Source: Callorhinchus milii (taxonomy: Eukaryota). From it: a stretch of DNA of 64,000 nt. This document shows, one piece after another, positions 23,043-37,215 of this stretch. The stretch covers positions 103,418,001-103,482,000 of the forward strand of contig NW_024704742.1 in NCBI RefSeq assembly GCF_018977255.1, in the 5' to 3' direction. A program made the translations under genes and the position numbers. How positions within the stretch are numbered: the first letter of the stretch is position 1; each line of letters starts with the position of its first letter. The notes below the pieces were generated by a model. It was not told where the DNA came from, did no database searches, and worked only from the letters and a program-made list of their open reading frames with translations.

Positions 23043-25490
23043 TAACAACAATAACTTGCACTTATATAGCTCCCTCCACTCAGGCTAGCGTCTCAGAACA
23101 CTTAACAGTGGCGGAGCCTGACTACGAGCTGGAGGGGGGAGGGAGATGGCCGTAGAGATAGGTTGAAGAGGAAGGTTTTCAGCCGGGACTTGAAAATGGG
23201 GAGGGGCAAGGTGGAGAATAATCCCTCAAGAAAAAAGAAGACAATAATAAATTGATAATTTCAATCCACGACTGTATTTGGGACACTGCTGTGCATAATT
23301 GGCTGCCAATTCACTTTACAGTATATTCTGTGAAGCGCTTTGAGACGTCTAGAAGACGTGAAAAGCTCTATATCAAATGCAAGGATTATTATTATTAGGG
23401 AGGTGCCAGAGAGTGAAGTGATTTGAACACGAGTGTGGGGATCTTGAAGTCGCTCCATTCAGTGATGGGGAGCCAGTGGAGCCTGGCCAGAACTGGTGAG
23501 ATGTGGGTACGGAGTTTGGTTCAGAACAGTATGCAGGCGGCAGAGTTCTGAATGAGCTGAATCTTTTGAATAGCAGAGCTGGGGAGAATGACAAACGCGG
23601 CATGCAAGTGTTGTCCCACTAAGGAGAATGAGGGAGGAGAGGCGGTGAAGGAGGTTGGCGTGATCGACTGTGTAGCGAGATCCAGGAGGATGAGGGAACC
23701 CTGGTCACAGATAGAGAGGATGTCGTTTGTGACTTTGACAAGCGCTGTCTCTGTGCTGTGGACAGGACAAAAAATAAACTGCAGGGGCTCGATGAGGGAG
23801 TGGAGAGAGGTGTGACCAAAGTTGACCTGCAACAATACGGTCCAAGATTTTGGCAAGGAAGGATAGATTAGAGATGGAATAATAGTGCAAGAGATTAGAG
23901 GGATCGAGGGTGGGTGGAACAGAGCCTGAAGAGAGACAAGTTGACCGTGTCGGCCAGCAGGAGGAGGGGAGGGGGAGTTGAGTGGCCAGCAGCTGGTGGG
24001 GAGGGGGTTGAGGCAGCAGGTGGTGAACTTCATCCGGGGTTTGTGGTCGAGAGGGAGGAGGAAGAAATGGGGGCAAAGGAGTGTAAGGAGTGGATAGTGG
24101 CAGGAGCCGTGGCAGAGGGAGAAGGCGGTGTGGATGTTCTGGGTGGGGTGGAAGGGGACATGGGGCGCGTGGGGAGGATGATGCAGACAAGCGGATATTT
24201 TCAATCTTTGAGACGAAGAAATCTAGGACCTCTTCACACTTGGCATTTGACGTGAGGATAGAGGGGGCTTGAGGGAATGATGGAGGAGGTGATGAACGGT
24301 GGAAAACAACATCTTTGGATAATTGTTTGCCTCCAGGACGATTTTGAAGTAAAAGTCAGTTTTGGCCTGTGAAAGGGAGAGGCAGTAGGTGAGGAGATGC
24401 TCGAGCCACAGCTGATGGTGAATCGTGAGGCCAGATTTCTGCCATCTGCGCTCGAGAATCCGGGTTTGTGCTTTGAGTGAGCAGAGATGACTGTACCAGG
24501 GAAATGGGTCGGTTTGGAAACAGCCCTGGATTTCAGGGGAGCCAGGGAATTGAAGGTTATGGAGAGACGGTTATTCAGCAGCTTGATGGCTGCATCAGGG
24601 TCGCTGTGGGTGGAGCGCCAGAGGGAGAGGAGGTCTGAGGAGGAGAGGGCATTTGTGAGGGACTCAGGGTGAAGCTTTATTCCAGGGATGGAAAAAAATG
24701 GTAGAGAGCTTGGAAAAGCAGAGGGGCATGTGGGAGGAGAGGGAGATGAGGAAGTGGTCTGAGATGGCCTTGTCCATGATAGACAGGTTGGAAATGTCAA
24801 GCCCTTGTGTGATGACAAGGTCAAGAGGTGACCACGGTTGTGGGATCAGCGAATTGATGTGGAGGGTGAGGTTTAGGGAGAAGGAGAGGAGGGCAGTGAA
24901 ATCCGAGGAGGTGGTGCAGGGGGAGTTTAGGTGGAGGTTGAAATCACCCATTATGAGCAGGTGTTCAGTGCATAGGGGCAAGGATGAGAGGAGAGAGGAG
25001 ATATCAGTGAGGAAGGAGCCAGGAGGTTTGGGGCGATGGTAAATTAGGAGGATGTTAAGGGAGAGAGTGGAGGGATGGTAGAGAGTGAGTTTCTCAAAGG
25101 AGCAGAAACAGCCAGAAGAATAGGGGGATAGACCAAGGGAAGCTTGTGAAATGAGGGCCACATTGGTTGGGGCAGGGGTTGTGGTGAAAAGTGTAGCCAG
25201 GAGGGGAGACTTCAAGGAGGGACTTGGATTTATCGGGGGACAGCCAGGTTTCTGTAAGCCCAAGAATATCAATGTGCTTACCCAGGATGGTAAAGGCTTT
25301 ATTGGAGATGGAGTGGACATTTTGCAGGAAAATGGAGATAGGTTTGCTGGTCAGTTTGAGGAGTTGGGGAAGGTCTGGATGAGGTAGAAGGAAGGAGTGT
25401 TTGCCTTTCGGATGCAGTTGGTGTGGAGAGAGTGAAGGATGGGACAGTTGAGGTGGCTGCTCTGGGACAACCAATGCCGGGAGCCACGAT
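23043..25490 (-). mobile_element. Internally deleted L2 LINE (AP-endonuclease through 3' tail) inserted into Gypsy RT; holds a + strand SINE tail at about 23218-23397
   Basis: APE motifs LTETWL, MGDFNLH, LDLVIT and [19 protein letters not shown]; (ttg)n tail. Confidence 0.9.
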
Positions 25491-25685
25491 TTGACACTGG
25501 CGAAGGAATTGTCAAAGGATAGTATGTATTTGATAACGTTTATGACACCATAAGGGAGCTATTGCTTCCAAAGAATGCCCTTTGGCATCAAGTAAGCACA
25601 AGAGGTGTTTAAGAAAAAATCACAAATATTGGAAGAAATACCAGTGGTGATCAATTATATTGACAACATTTTGATGTATGGTAAA

Positions 25686-25870
25686 TAACAACAACAAGAT
25701 TACATTTGTATAGCGTGTTTCACGTCAGGAGGACGTCCCAAGGTGCTGTACAGCGTACAGCATTTCAGACCCAAGATGAGATCAGGGCGGGAGAAAGGAG
25801 GGGAAGGGGGGTGGACTATGGCATGGTCGAAGAGGAGGGTCTTGAGGCGGGACTTGAAAGAGGCTAAGGA
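25686..25870 (-). mobile_element. L2 3' end inserted in Gypsy RT
   Basis: (aac)n aagattacatttg...ttcacgtcaggaggacgtcccaagg. Confidence 0.8.
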
Positions 25871-26013
25871 GAAAAACACACAAAAAAACTATATAAAACA
25901 CAGAAAGAACACGATGAAAGGTTGGAGAAGATATTTAAAAAATGTTTGGAAGAAAATATGAAGCTAAACAAAGAAAAATATAGGATAAGAGTAAAATACT
26001 TAGGACATATAAT

Positions 26014-26307
26014 TAATAATAATAATAATTCTTGCATTTGATATAGCGCTTTTCACATCTAGATGTCTTAAAGCGCTTCACAAATATGCTGTAAAGTAAA
26101 TTGATCATATATTTGTGGGCGAAACGCGGCAGCAGTGTCCCGTAAACAGTCGTGGATTTAAAATGACCAAGTTATTACTGTTTTGTTTTGAAGGGATTAT
26201 TATTAGGCGGTGGAGTAAGGAAACTTGCCCAAGGTTTTGCCCTGCCTGAAATTGAACCCAGGTGTCTTGCTTGCAAGGCGAGTGCTCTTACCACTGAGCG
26301 ACAGGAG
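26014..26307 (-). mobile_element. tRNA-derived SINE, short form, inserted in Gypsy pol
   Basis: Full head and tail; Gypsy sequence resumes on both sides. Confidence 0.9.
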
Positions 26308-27159
26308 CTATTTACCCAAGAAGGGTTAAAAATTGACCAGGAACAGGTAATAGCAATAACAAAAATGTCCACACCGATAGATTAAAAAAGGAGTGAAAAG
26401 GCAATAAAAGTCAGTAAAAAGAGAATGGTGAATTGGGTGGCAAGATTTATTCCAAAAGTAACTGAAATAATGGAGCCATTAAAGGAGCTTATAAAAGAAA
26501 ATAGAGAGTTTATGTGGGAAAGGAACAGAAAAAAGCATTTCAACAAATAAAAGAGGCTATAATAAAAGCTCCAGTATTAAAATGTTATAATGTACATGCG
26601 CCAGTTAAAATATTTGTAGACACAGAGCGATATTAACTCAAGAAGAAAAGACTACAGCATTTGCATCGAGAGCTCGATCACAGACAGAAAACGAATAGGC
26701 ACAGATAGATGAGTGTTTCGGAGTTGAATTTGGATGCAAAAGATTTAACCAATATGATTTTGGAAAGAAAGTAATAATAGAAAATGATCACAAACCATTA
26801 GAGGAAATTTTTCTGGAAGGGACTAAACAAAACACCACCTAGGTTACAGAGAATGAGAATTCAGCTACAAAGGTATAATTTAAATATAAGCCAGGAAATA
26901 GCTTATACATGGCAGATTCATTAAGTAGGGCCATATGGTAAAATGAGAACAAGAAGGATAAATAACTAGAAAGGGTACCAGGTATGGAAATAATGTAAAC
27001 CTAAAGAGTACCAGGTATGGAAAATCACAAAAGCAACAAGACTTATAGAAAATATGCTCCTGAGGAGGTATGACCCTATTGGGAGTATAGAAATGATATA
27101 TATCAAAAAAAAGGAATATATAGAGGGCATAGGGCAATAATTTCAAGAGAGTTAAAAAA

Positions 27160-27720
27160 ATGTTGAGAAACTTACATGAAGGGTATTGGGGAATAGGACA
27201 AGTGAAGATAAGAGCAAGAGAAATAGTATTGTCACTGGGCATAAGTAAACAAATTGAGGACTACATAGGAAAGTGTGTGACATGTGCGAGACATCAAAAC
27301 AGAAAAGGGCATGAACCTTTAATGGGGCATCAGAGACCAAACACAGCATGGACAAAAATAGGAAGAGATTTGTTCTCTAATAATGGGAAAGATTATTTAT
27401 TAATAGTAGACTATACCTCAAGATATATTGAATATGCAGAACTTAATTATACAGAATCACAATCAGTAAAAGACAAGACTAAAGAAATATTAGCCAAGTA
27501 TGGAATACCAAGGGAATTAATAAGTGATGATGGGCCACAATTTGCGACTGCTGAATATAAAAAATTCACAAAAGAATGGGACATAGACCACAAAACATTG
27601 TCACCAGGATATCCACGAAGCAATGGGATGGTGGAAAGAACAATACAGATGATAAACAGAATGTGGTAGAAAGCTGAGTAATCAAAGGAAGATAAACATT
27701 TGGCATTACTAGTCTACAAC
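27160..27720 (+). pseudogene. Gypsy integrase remnant
   Basis: LHEGYWG...CVTC zinc-binding region, IVDYTSRY, LISDDGPQF and SPGYPRSNGMVERTIQ (DDE core). Confidence 0.9.
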
Positions 27721-28166
27721 AATACACTGATAGATGACCAGGAACAGTCACTGGTACAGATGTTGATGTCCAGAAGATGGGTTAATATGGGAGGAAACAA
27801 AATTGAGACCACAGGTACAGAGAAAAAGAAATTGGAAGAAACAAGCGCAAGAACCACAGAAGAAAAAAAAATCAAAAAAGGAGAAGCCGTATGGTTTTGG
27901 AGGAAAAGCTTAAAAACAGAAGGATTGATAAAAGGAAAAATGTTAGGGCAAATAAGAACCCTAGATCATATTGGGTAAAAGATGAAAAGGGAAAGATATA
28001 TATATAATATAGACGAACATCATGGGAGATCAAACAAAGAAAAAGGAAAGGCAGAAGGAAGATCAAGGAGTGGCAGAAAAGTAAGAAAAAACAGATGCAG
28101 AAGAGAAATAAAAAATCCCATGATAGAACAAGTTTGGGAAAAAAAGAGAAGAAACTAAAAGGAAGA

Positions 28167-28334
28167 TGTTGCATATTGCTTTAAGGCTAAATTGGCAATT
28201 AGACATTGACAATGAGAAGCAAGCAGGAAGCATAAAAGGATTTTGAGAAAGTGACTGGGCAGAGTACTGAAGAGAGTGATTGAAATAAAGGAGCTCTTGA
28301 ATCTAAACTGTATTGTGGATTAACAAATAATGCA
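28167..28334 (+). repeat. Gypsy 3' LTR
   Basis: Direct repeat of 19370-19605, preceded by a PPT and followed by TSD caaat. Confidence 0.88.
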
Positions 28335-30889
28335 CAAATGACTGAATAAGCAGACTTTCTCATGTGTAATTAATAAGCCTTGTGTTATGCACAAGGGACC
28401 GTTTGTATGAAAGGCTAGTCATTTGCATGTTTTAATAGGTTCACTTACCCACCTTTCAAAAAAATTTAAAAAGAATAAGAACACTCCAAAGGTTATTATA
28501 GTTCATCATAAAATCTTTCTCTCTGCAGCTCCATTACAATGTGCTTCTTTAAAAAGCAAGTTTGGCTGTAATGCAGTTGCACTGTGCATCTTATTCACTG
28601 AGCAAGTCTGCAGCTGGCCCAGCAGCTTCTTGGCTCCAACTGGCTTTCCGGCTGAAATGGCCAACTTCCAGTTTGTTTGGTCACTGCCAATGTCGTGTGC
28701 AGCAAACAGAAAGTGACCTTAGTGGTGACTCGGTGACCTGGAAACCGGACGTTTTTACTCTTTACACAGGAACCAGCCGGCAATATGAGAAACCAGTTAT
28801 CGCATCTTGATTAGTATTTTATGAATCCCAAACACTGTATTATAATGGGGCTCCAATATTTTTGGTCTAAATTAATGTTTACAGACTTGGAGTGTCACTG
28901 ACTGTTATTTAAAAAATGTCTTTTAAAAATGTGTTATTTTAAAAATCTGTCACTCTTGAAAATAAATATAGCTTTATACTTTCTAATGGGTCTGCTAGTT
29001 ATATGGCAAGAACATCCTGTTTGCTTTGTTTATTACAGCTTTGTTATTCTGTGACGCGCCTTGAGACATCTCAACAACATGATGAGGCACAATATCAAAT
29101 GCAGGGATTATAATTATTATTATAGTATCACACTGTTCGAACATGGTGAGCAACTTAGATAGTTAAACAATCAACTAGCCCCTTGAGGTGTCTTTCAATT
29201 TCCTCCTTTTCAAGTTCTAACCATCCACGGAATACATGTGTCTCCTATTTTTACCATCAATATGAGGTACCATATTTTCTCTGCATTAAAATATATTCGC
29301 CAGTGACCAGTCTAGTTGCAAACTGTCTGTGTAAGAATCTGGCTGTCAATCCTGCTAATGATCAGTGTCAATCCCACCATTTCCTCAGTATTGACAGCTC
29401 TGTTTACACCTAATTCTACAAAATATAGGCATTTTATTCCGTGCAATCTTTTGAGGATTTTACATTTATTTTCATGAATAGCATGAAAATAATAAAGAAA
29501 TCAGTAAATGACATATGACAAAAGATTTTGTGATTAAAAACAAGGTCATTGTGTCAATGCTCTTTCAAGAAATCTAAATATATTTCACTGTAAACATGCA
29601 AATTACAGAACATAACTATCCTGGAAAACTCTGCTTTGATATGTAATTGCTGAATTTTGCACAGTACGTTGTACTTGAGTTTAAATGGGATATGACAAGT
29701 GCTATTTAGAAATTCATGTGGTGCTAAAGTATCGTGGATTATTTGACAATGGTGGAGCAGATTGTAGATGTGGGGGGTGAAATATAGTACAGTATTGATA
29801 ACATGAGTCACAAATAGAAAATCTGTCTCATAAATAGTAGCTTCTACTTACAAAAAAAACGACAGACTGAGGTTGCCCATGGATCACTGGTAACAGCAGA
29901 AATCACTGTGACTCCTGATATTAACATTGATTCTTGGACCCCCATTGTATCCAATAATTAAATAGTTTGGAACCACAATGAAATCACAACCGAGACTGAA
30001 TTTTAGGCACTTACATGGTACTACTTCTTGTGTTTTCATCGTCAACAATATCAAGTGACAGATTAGAAGAGAGCTAACTACAGTGTGTAGTGAGAACAGC
30101 TCAAAGGCAATGGAAGAGAGCGAACAAGATTACAATCACATGAGAAGAAAATGGATGCTTCATCCATTATCAGAAGAGATTAGAGGAAGAGCTTTCAAAG
30201 GCTCAGTGACTTTCTCCTATCTCTACCAGAAAGGTTTCAGGTTCCATTTACAGTCTGTGCTAAGTGCCTACGTGTTTCTGGGTGAGGCTGAGAAAACCAG
30301 CTGGGATTCCCACTGTTGATCAATACACAGTGACTCCCACTTGACATGCAGATACCAGGACATCAGGCTGGGGACCAGACTTCGTTTACTAGAAAATCTG
30401 CCTGGCCCCAATTTTTCCTCCATCCCCCTCTCCTCATGCTCCTTCCCTCTTTCCCTTTCTTGCACACCTTTGACCTAATTTCCCCCATGCTGGTGGTGGT
30501 GTTGTTTTCCACTGTAAAACAAGTTAATTCAGTTAATTAGATGATCAGTTTTTCAGAGTCACAATGAGGAGGGCAAGCTTAAATGGCGAATTCAAAAAGG
30601 GTGGAATTTCTAAAGACTTTCTAACTATCGAAAGGTTAAGGGAAATTTTTTTTTGTAGATAAAGATTATCAATACTCCTCTGTAATTTGTTGAAAAGCTA
30701 CTAGATTGAGACATCCGAGGGCTATTCAACAGCAAGAGTTATGAGCGAGAGAATATAAACCTCAGCAAGGAGACTTTCCCCTCTAGGTTTAACCTGTCTT
30801 TCATCATATAGTAAATGCATCAGATGCTATATATAATCTATTCTGACCGACATTTTGTTCTGGACAATAAACCTGAATGTAGTTATTAT

Positions 30890-31175
30890 TAATAATAATC
30901 GTGATATTTGATATTGTGCTTTTCACATCAAGGGAGATGTGGAAGAATCACAGTAAAGTGCAGTGACTGTGAATTTTGTAGATGAACCTGATAGTCAATT
31001 TGCTCATAGCAAAGTCCCACATAGAGCCATGAAATAACCAATTTTATCTGGCTATTACACTGGGAGAAACTGTTGAATGGTGTCATGAAATCTGTAATAT
31101 CCGCTTGAACAGGCAGACACAACCTCGGTTTAATTTCTCATCTGAAGAAAGGCACTTCTGCCAAAGTAGCAATCT
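30890..31175 (-). mobile_element. Deu-domain SINE, diverged
   Basis: aacaggcagacacaacctcggtttaatttctcatctgaa core plus tail. Confidence 0.6.
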
Positions 31176-31419
31176 CCAGTCCCTAGACTGTGAGTTACTG
31201 ACATGGGTTTGAGTAGTATTTGTTTATGGCAGCAAATACTTGGTTTAGCTTTTCTCAATCACTCAGATAATCAGTTATCTGAAAGTCCTGCTGGAGAGTG
31301 TTTTTATTTCTGCACCTAAAAAACGCAGAGTGTGCTTGTGCGTCACTGCCCAAAAGGCAAAATTAGAAAACTAGCTATAATCCATGGCCACCCACAATCT
31401 AAATCTGATACAAACTCAG

Positions 31420-32277
31420 GCTCCTACATGTCTGCAATTTCTTGCAGTTAAATATCAACAAGACAGAAGCCATACCCTTTGGCTCCCATCAATGTCTTCT
31501 GTCCTGAGATTCTGACCTTCTCAACCTACGCGATCTGTCCTTAAAACTCTCTGAACCCATGCAGAGCTTAGGTGTCAGGTTTAATCCCCAGTTATCCTTC
31601 CTCCTCCACATCCAGTCCCTGGCCGGGACCACTTTCCTCCACCTCCACCACATTGCCCGTCTCCGACAATATCTCATTCCACCAGCTGATGAAATCCTTG
31701 TCCATGCCTTCGTCACCTCTCGGCTGGACTACTCTCACACCCTCCTCGCCCGTCTCCGCTCCTCCACTATTCACAAATTTCAATTCATCCAAACTCTGCC
31801 GACCACATTCTCACCTGCACTAAACTCTGCACTCAGATTACCCCAGTCCTTGCCAAAAGCCAAATTCCCAGTCACAGAATGGATCGACTTCAAGTTCCTC
31901 ATTCTAGTGTTTAAATTCCTCCACACACACCTTGGCACCCCTCTATCTCTTCAACCTCCTCTCACCTCATAGCACTACCCACTGCCTCCACTCTACTGGC
32001 TCCGGCCTCCTACTTGTCTCGCGAATCCTCCGTTCCACCATCGGCGGCCATGCCTTGAGCCACTACACCCAGAAGCTATGGAACTCCCTCCATCAATCCT
32101 TATGCCTTGCCCCCTCTTTCCCCATTTTCAGGTCGCGCTTGAAGACCTTGCCTTTCGACCATGCCTATGGTCACCTTTTCCTCCCCCTGGCTCTTCATCG
32201 GGCTCCACCATTGTTAAGTGCTCTGGGACGCCGCTCGGCGTAGAGGCTGCTATATAAATGCAAGTTGCTGTTGTTGT
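31420..32277 (+). mobile_element. L2 LINE 3' fragment, second tail type
   Basis: LGVRFNPQLSF, VHAFVTSRLDYS and LWNSL motifs; tail ctatataaatgcaagttgctgttgttg. Confidence 0.88.
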
Positions 32278-35200
32278 CTATTAGGTTCAGTAGCACAGAT
32301 TATTAAGCATATAAATGTAGACTGAGTTTTGTATAATCTTACCCTGAAGCCCATTGTCTAATAGTCCAAACCTGTTGAGATTGATGAGGTAATAAGGTAA
32401 TATCCTTTCTTTCACATTCCAAATTCTTACTGTAATTTACCCAACAAACATGAATTGTCATTTTAAAATTGATGGGAACGATTCTATTGCACTCAACCAG
32501 GTACTTTTGTACATTTATTCTGGTTATACAGGCTCTTTTGAGAATAAGATGTCTATAAACGGAATACAACATTTCTGTGGTTGTAACTGTCGTTGAAAAT
32601 CTCTGATTCATACACTCTGGATGACACAAAGCTATAAATCCATGTACTATATTGTTTGGTTGAGTGTTTTTGTTACTTTTCTTCCCTTCCTCCTGTTGTG
32701 ACTTGCTGGGGTACAGCTCCATAGGCGCTGGCAGCATTCTGGTGCCGAGGCCAAGAGAAAATTGTTTCTGTGCGATTTTTGATAGGCTATTGCTGTCACC
32801 TGATATCCTCCATACCAGCTCTTTTCTATACATACCAGGGTAATAAACCCTTAAAACAAATATTGAAATAATAATAATTTGGTCACTCAATCCACAGCTG
32901 TTTGTGGGACACTGCTGTTGCAATTGGCTGCTGTGTTTTGTCCATAAAATATACAGTCAATTTGCTTTACAGTATATTATTACTTGCACTAAATTATAAA
33001 ACTCATTAAGCGCAAATATTGTTAATGAACCCATTTTTGAAAAAAATCAAATCTGTAAATACTGTATTTAAGATTATGCAGAATTATGTACAATTATTGA
33101 ATTCAGTTTTAGTTTGTAAGGCATTTTTTCTTTTTTTTTCTGTGCAGAAAATTGGACTCAAAATTATGACAGATTTTAAGACTGTTTTCCAAACTTCCGC
33201 ACTATCTGAAATATTAAGACAGTGTTCCGGAGGATAAAATCATCAGAAATTTCAGGAGCAGTGATGCCAAACTATCAGCTGTAAAAATTAATTTGTTCTG
33301 TCTTTTTTGGTCAGCCGGGTATTTGACGCTTGTGGAAATCCATCACCATGCTTAACAGTATCCAAACCAGACTGAGCATTTCACATTGTGAATTACATAT
33401 GGATTTCCATTCCATATACGGACACTTGCTTGCACACTGTCCTGAAGGATTGTGCAGAGAAGGGGCAAAGGTCACTCTGGTCATGCTCATCTCTCTTCAA
33501 GGACAGCAAGGTCCCAATGCAGGTCAAGCTTGTGGCACATAGGATCTCTGTGCAAACAGTTCTCCTTTATGGATTTGAGTTCCTAGGCAGCTCCAGTAGA
33601 AGGCTTCTGTCATTTGTAAAGTCCAGGATCAAACAGTGAGGTGAATTTGAGGCAAACATGGGAATAGCCAAGTTTCTCTGGACTTTTAAAAACAGAACCG
33701 AAGGATCCCACCTACTTTGCCTAAACCACTTTTGTCTACATTTTCATAGGAATCATTTCATCCCAAATAAAGATCTGTTATAAACAAGGAGTGAATTGAA
33801 GATTTTACTTTATTCACTGAGAACCATTAAATATTGAAAGAGAAGATGGTGAGTTTCCATTTTCAGGCCTAGCATCAAACTACCACATAATCACACATCA
33901 ATAAATCCATTAGCTTCAAAAATAAAATAACAGCGATGGGATTGACTTTCTCCTTTTGCTAGGCTTCCTAATTTAAACATGCCTCTCTTCCAATTTCTGA
34001 TCTTATCTTCCTTAGTTATGATATATCTGCCTACAACATGTCACTTTGATCAACGTATCATCCATAGCCACAAGACTTTAACATGCATCAATCCTCAGAA
34101 GTAACAAGAATTGACATGTCCAAATGGTACAGCACATTTGCATACTAATGCACAATGCCAAGAGACAAGTTTTCCTTAGCAAAAACCCACCCAGACAGTT
34201 ACTATCTTCAGCAATCCATCTGGAGGAGACACAAAGCTCAGACACTTCCCTCCGGATGAAAAAGAGTGAGAGAGTGAGAAGAACATTGGTTGAGTCAACA
34301 AGTGTTGCTCTTACTCATGACCCAACACCGGCAACAACATAAGAATAGGTTAAAAAATAACTGGATTAATTAAAATTCACAAACACGAGAATTCAACTTT
34401 TGTACCAATAGTTCCAGGTAGCAGTGTAAACTCATGTATCCACTTCAAGCAACTAACTTTTAGAATAATTTTAATATTAGGTTTAAATTCAGAACCCAAT
34501 ATCAGAGTCACAGTTTGTTCAGACAAAATTGTTCATCCTGATGGAAACCAAACTAATATTTTACATCGTTCTGAAATAGGATTCCACTCGCAGTTGCTGA
34601 ATGAAAGCTGGAAAAATGGCCAAGTCATCTAGCATTCAGGTCTCAGTCTCCTACATACCATAGTGCAGCAGAGGGCAGATCAGTTATGGCTTAGAACACT
34701 TTCCAATGCACTAGTGGGATACAAAAGGACCCAAAATTCCAACTAGTCTGCGTTCATAAGACCACTTTGGCTTAAAACTTGTGCAAAATTGTAGGAAATT
34801 CTACAATTCCATCTTAATTTAGAATTTTGATCCTTTTAAGAATTGTACAAAAACGATTTTCAAATTTAATTTAAATTCTGTATATTCAATAATTCTGAGT
34901 CAAAAGGGTTATGACTAAGTTGAATTTCAGGCTTATGAAACTGCAGAAGCAATGTCATCTATATGTGCATATGATGTTATTGCTTATGTAACACAAAGAG
35001 ATCACAAGTTCTGCCCCAGCGCGAAACCAAACCCAGAAAAAAAAACTGGATTTCCACTTGAGCGTTGCTCTGGCTGCAGCAGTAGGTATTGCCTTAACTC
35101 AGCGTAAGACTTTCACTGAATGTACCTACGATCACTATCTCACTTCGAACCTCTAATGCATCTTACAATTTTTAGTGCTCCGTGACCCAAGGAAGTCTAT

Positions 35201-36309
35201 CAATCTTCTAAGATTGAATTGAGAATGAAAAATATTTTTCTAATTCTTGGGACTAACACAAACAAATTCAAATTAACCAAATGGTCTAGAATCTGAATTA
35301 GAAATAGGAGTTGCCTATTGTCTACAACCCTTAAATTCATGTTATTGTCCTCAAATATTGATTAAAAGAGAAGAACTGTCATATAAAACATCTAAAATCA
35401 CTTACATGGATGTATGCTTTACTGCTTCTTGAAAGTCCTGCCCAATTTGTTCAAGGCTAGTCCTTATGATTTGCTAAATTAAACTGAAAACATAAGGCAT
35501 GCATTGAAACATTTTCTATTGAAAAAAAGCTGACGTGTTAGCTTATAACCAGAAAGTTTCTGTTTATCACAGATAAATGTTGTACAAAGCTGTGAAATGT
35601 GCTGCTTTGCAATGAATGAACACAATTTGGGGAGCTTTAGCAATTATGTATGATTGCTGATCAATCAATGCTTTGTCCAAGAAAAGATGTGACCAGGCAG
35701 TAAACCAAGCAAACCCCATTATAACACACATCACCAGTGGGAAAATAATGGTCTTGTGTTTCAATCATTCTTAAATGAGGCAGAATCAATGAATGTACAC
35801 CCAACTGTAAACTACCATTGAATGTCCCTTGATTAACATTCATTATCTTCTTCAAAGTGTAATAAAAATATACTTTACTTTCGTAGATACATGTAATCTC
35901 ACAAACATCTACTGGTACTGCAGTAAAAACACAAATTCAGATGCAGTATCTTATGTAACATTTTACTTGTAATCTGATTTGTAGTATAAGGTCAATTGAA
36001 GCAGTTATATTGGAGGTGTAACTGCACTGCTTCATCTTGGTTTAAACATAATTTATTTAAATCTATGAAACCATATCTACTGAATGTTCCCAAAATAAAT
36101 GTGAAGCTTTCCAGCTATTCTGGCATATACATTAACCAGGCTAGAAGAGTCACAATTGGTTTCTGTGCTCCTTGAAATAGGGGGAGGAAGGGGGTAGAGA
36201 GAGGAGAAATATTCTTTGTCACTATTTTTTTTGGCTATCTCACATGTCCATTGAACCATAGAAATGTGGAATGCTTGAAAACTGCAGAGTTGTAGTTTGA
36301 TTAGCATTG

Positions 36310-36460
36310 GAGATCAGGAAGGATCTTTGCAGAACTGATCTACCCCAAGAGGTAGATAAGGTGTTTGAAGTCCACAATGGGGCAGATTTTCTATGATCTA
36401 TGGAAGGAGATGGCTTAATTGGACAACTGACCCTTTCTTGTTCCGTGCTTTATGTTCTTA
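36310..36460 (+). mobile_element. CR1-like 3' end
   Basis: ggacaactgaccctttcttgttcc...ttatgttctta terminal pattern. Confidence 0.45.
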
Positions 36461-36702
36461 ACTAGGCATTATTCACAAGACAATTGACATCAGGAGGATG
36501 TTTCAAAGTGCTTATTATTTGCATATATCATTAAACAGATTCACAATACTTAGGCTCCAAACACATCAAGTTCTGAGGTTAGTGTATGCACTGCCAACAG
36601 TCATCAGTTTGGACTTTTGAATTATTATTCCATGGCTTAAATTAAACCATAATGATGCCTTATGTTTAAACATTAGAAAAGTTGACGTACAGTAACTGCT
36701 TA

Positions 36703-37215
<513 letters not shown>

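Larger units (their letters stand above)
19370..28334 (+). mobile_element. Decayed full-length Ty3/Gypsy LTR retrotransposon with nested insertions
   Basis: LTRs 19370-19605 and 28167-28334 (tgttgcatattgctttaaggc...), TSD CAAAT on both sides, PBS TGGTGTCAGAAGT, PPT aaaaggaaga. Remnants of gag (NWQRF, CYKC), RT (LRICLDPQHLN, RMPFG, YIDNIL) and integrase follow in Gypsy order. Confidence 0.93.

Noticed and set aside
30015..30077. Possible minus-strand cassette exon with a gtaagt donor at 30014
   Set aside because: The candidate acceptors give an immediate stop or a frame incompatible with the phase-2 KCNN2 junction, and there is no SK similarity.
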